A DNA stretch of 63,806 bases, counting the filler, from Reclinomonas americana ATCC 50394 (lineage: Eukaryota): assembly GCA_048213135.1 (NCBI GenBank). It is 18 parts of 18 records of this genome, joined end to end, with 100 filler letters (N's around TTAATTAATTAA, not from the genome) between each part and the next. Parts side by side here need not be neighbours in the genome. Positions count along the whole stretch, not along the records: positions 58,589 to 63,806 come from AFZH01022935.1; 17 more parts are not named here. The stretch is one strand, 5' to 3'. Positions 61,201-63,806 of this stretch are shown here, in pieces; position 1 is the stretch's first letter, and the number at the start of each line of letters is the position of its first letter. Made by a program: the position numbers and the translations under genes. The notes under the pieces are model-generated. The model was not told the DNA's origin. It saw only the letters and a list, made by a program, of their open reading frames with translations, and ran no database searches.

Positions 61201-63700
61201 TTTGTGCTTGGCAAAAGCCTCGTACAACCGCGCACGGGTCACTCGTGTCATTGGCAAACCGCCACCGTCGGTTCCCATGCGCTCCAAATCCCCCATTACC
61301 AGCACAATCATGTTCAACATCAGGGGCTATTGTGGGAAGGGGGTGGGGGAGAGGAAGAAATGAGAACAATGGAGGTGATGGAAAACGGTCTTTTGCATTT
61401 CCGACTCACCGACGTGGCCAGTCCGTCCAGTCCCGGTGTACGCTCGATTTGCTGCTTGAGCTGTTGCCAGGTGCGCGGATGACTCGCACGTGACTCGACA
61501 AACCTGCCCGCTACAATCATGAGACTAGAATCAATAAGAGTTATGGTGTGCGCTGTCACTCAACTTTTGCAGAAACATGTCAATGTCGTCCTTTGAGAAC
61601 AGCCGCAACATGCATCGGGCCAGCGTACGTTCTGGCTCTCTGTATCGCTCCTCCCGCGACAGCAGTGGGTCCACTGGTACAAAGTGCTCCTCGGCCCAAA
61701 AGTTGCCGAGGCGGCTGATGAGCTCGCGTCGCACTGACACCACGAGGAGCACATTCGGCCACAGCTGCGAAAGGGGGAAAGTAAGACGACTTTTGATGAA
61801 CTGCTTGCCATCTCTCGGGAGATTACGCAACGTGCATTTCGTGGAAAACGTACAGGTTGCCCGGTGGATCGCCGCACTCGTCGTATCCATCGAGCACGAG
61901 CACGACTGTGCCAATGTGACGGAGCTGTACAGGAAAAGAGGGATATGAATAGACTGGAAGTTTTTGCGAAGGAAGACAGAATAGGCTACCTCCTCCTCGG
62001 TTACTTGCAGTTGCTCGTCATCCAGCGCTGCGTTGGCCTCACGGAGGAGGTGAGGCAACAGGGCGCCTGGACGGCGCAGCACTTTCTCGCGATCAATGCC
62101 AGCCAGACGAGCCGACAGTACCAGTGTGTCGGTGCGATAATGGAGGCGAGTGGTCAGCTGGCGTAGCAAGACAGATTTTCCGCCTCCGGACCAGCCGGCA
62201 ATCACCAGCACCTGGTGAGGGGGAAGGGATGGGAGGGGAAGGATGAGGGGAGGGGAGGGGAGGGGAGGGGAGAGGGAGGGAGGGGGGAGGGGGGCGGGGG
62301 GGGGAGCGGAGGGAGAGGGAGAGGGAGGGGGGAGGAAGAGAGGGAGAAGAGGGAGAGGGAGAGAGAGATGACGCGTGAAAGGCATTGGGAATGAGACAGG
62401 GAGCGGACGGGAAGGGATAAGAGAGTAAGATGCCGTTGGGCATCAGTGATGCAGTGTGATACGTAGAGAGGAAAGGAGAATGGGAGAGGCTGGAGAAATA
62501 GAGAGAAGAGGAGAGAGCAGGAATGGATTGGCTGGGAGACAGAGTGCATTGGTGAGGGGGAAGACACTGGAAGGGAAACGAAAAGAGAGTGAGCTGCCGT
62601 GGGGCATCGGTGAGACAGTGTGATACGTGGAGAGGAAAGGAGAACGGGAAACAGACAGGGAGGAGAGAGAATGAATGGATTGGCTGTGAGCAAGAGTGCA
62701 TTGTTGAGGGAGAAGGCACTGGATGAGAAGGGAAAGAGAGTGGGATGCCTTGGGCTATTGGTGAGACAGTGTGACAAGTGGAGAGGAAAGGAGAACGTGT
62801 GAGGATGGAGAAATAGAGAGGGGAGGAGAGAGCATGAATGAATTGGTCGTGAGCAAGAGTGCATTGTTGAGGGAGAAGACACTGGATGAGAAAAGAGAGT
62901 GGGATGCCGTGGGGCATCGGTGAGACAGTGTGATAAGTGGAGAGGAAAGGAGAACGGGAGAGGTTGTTCACATAGAGGGGAGGAGAGAGCATGAATGAAT
63001 TGGTCGTGAGCAAGAGTGCTTCGTTGAGGGAGAAGACACTGGATGGGAAGGGAAAAGAAAGTAGGATGCCGTGGGGCATCGGTGAAACAGTGTGACAAGT
63101 GGAATCGGACAGCATCAGCAAGTCACACGATCAGGACCTTCCCCCCTTTCTCACTCTCTCTCATCTTCCTTTTTCTCCCCTCCTCCTCCTCCCCACATGA
63201 CGCACCTTGTCGGTGGGCTTTGCACGGTTCACAAAATCGTCAAGCACATTGTCTGCCAGCTGCGCCGTGGCACGACCCCCGACAGAGTCGGCCTCTGCCG
63301 TTGTCGAGTTGGCCCACAGAGGCACCTGACATTCGACGTCACTCAAGGAGACGCACATGCACGACGAGCGCAGATAGCAACGAAACGAGGCACTCCAGCG
63401 CACCGAGGTCGTTGGGATCATTGGCCAGGGGAAGCACGACCTTCATCGCAGTGGCTTCGTGGAGAGCGGCAATTGCAATCTTTTGCTGGAGCGGCGACGT
63501 CGCCAAGACTTGCTCCGGCGCATACGCATGCTCAGAAGAAGGTGAATACTTGGGAGCCGCAGCTGGCACGGAATCCAGCGGGTGGGCGGTGTCGTCCTTG
63601 ACGGCAGCGGGGCGCGAGACACCACAGCCACCACCTCGCAGCGTGAGACGACCATGATGGCGGTGATGATGATGATGTTGCGCAATCTGAAGCTTCGATG
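58231..63700 (-). CDS. NACHT-like STAND NTPase - pentapeptide repeat - WD40 protein (NLR-like; 5' partial, spans linker at 58533)
   Basis: Walker A GWSGGGKS; Walker B VLVLDGYDE; LVVSVR; PLML; LYEAF; EFMHKSVLEYFAA; pentapeptides FSGRDLSGVRVRGADLRDA..GADLRGV; WD40s GHT..V.SVAVTPDG..IVSGS.D..VRVWS. Confidence 0.9.
60030..60545. repeat. Intronic tandem repeat, ~82-86-bp unit, ~6 copies
   Basis: gaaggggata..gagcgagtgagaggttg-acaaca-tgaatggatacaa-gacgacg..gata recurs. Confidence 0.9.
62410..63105. repeat. Intronic tandem repeat, ~150-165-bp unit, ~4.5 copies
   Basis: gatgccgtggggcatcggtgagacagtgtga..gagcaagagtgcattgttgagggagaagacactgga recurs. Confidence 0.9.
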
Positions 63701-63758
63701 CCGATGCACTGCATTCCTCACGTGAGCTCACTCTCTCACACTCACACACACGCACACT

Positions 63759-63761
<3 letters not shown>

Positions 63762-63806
<45 letters not shown>
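63762..63806. repeat. (CT)n microsatellite; similar tracts occur near many contig ends (e.g. 2944-3009, 17769-17830, 20033-20090)
   Basis: Perfect dinucleotide runs. Confidence 0.95.

Overview
Intron-rich, GC-rich eukaryotic (protist-like) genomic scaffold of 18 contigs joined by 17 artificial N-TTAATTAATTAA-N linkers. Several genes and one transposon continue in order across linkers, so contig order looks mostly real. The main find is a compact four-gene allantoin (purine) catabolism cluster at about 21.7-26.2 kb: allantoicase <- -> allantoinase, then alanine:glyoxylate aminotransferase <- -> ureidoglycolate lyase. It forms two head-to-head pairs with 72 and 68 bp spacers. It resembles the yeast DAL cluster but uses an aminotransferase instead of malate synthase as glyoxylate sink. 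The window also holds: a RING/TRAF-type zinc-finger family with swapped C-termini (two tandem TLDc versions, one with a NUP42-like motif); a TIR transposon (CCCCGG ends, 3-bp AGA TSD) inserted in a GA-rich minisatellite; a ~309-bp satellite; a Crinkler-like NTPase-REase-HhH gene; a NACHT-pentapeptide-WD40 gene with an LRGG|GCGVSR motif; and housekeeping genes (DDB1, HDAC11-like, RCC1-repeat, MAP3K, SEL1, TPR, FkbM-like). All assignments come from motif recognition and manual splicing; no database search was run.
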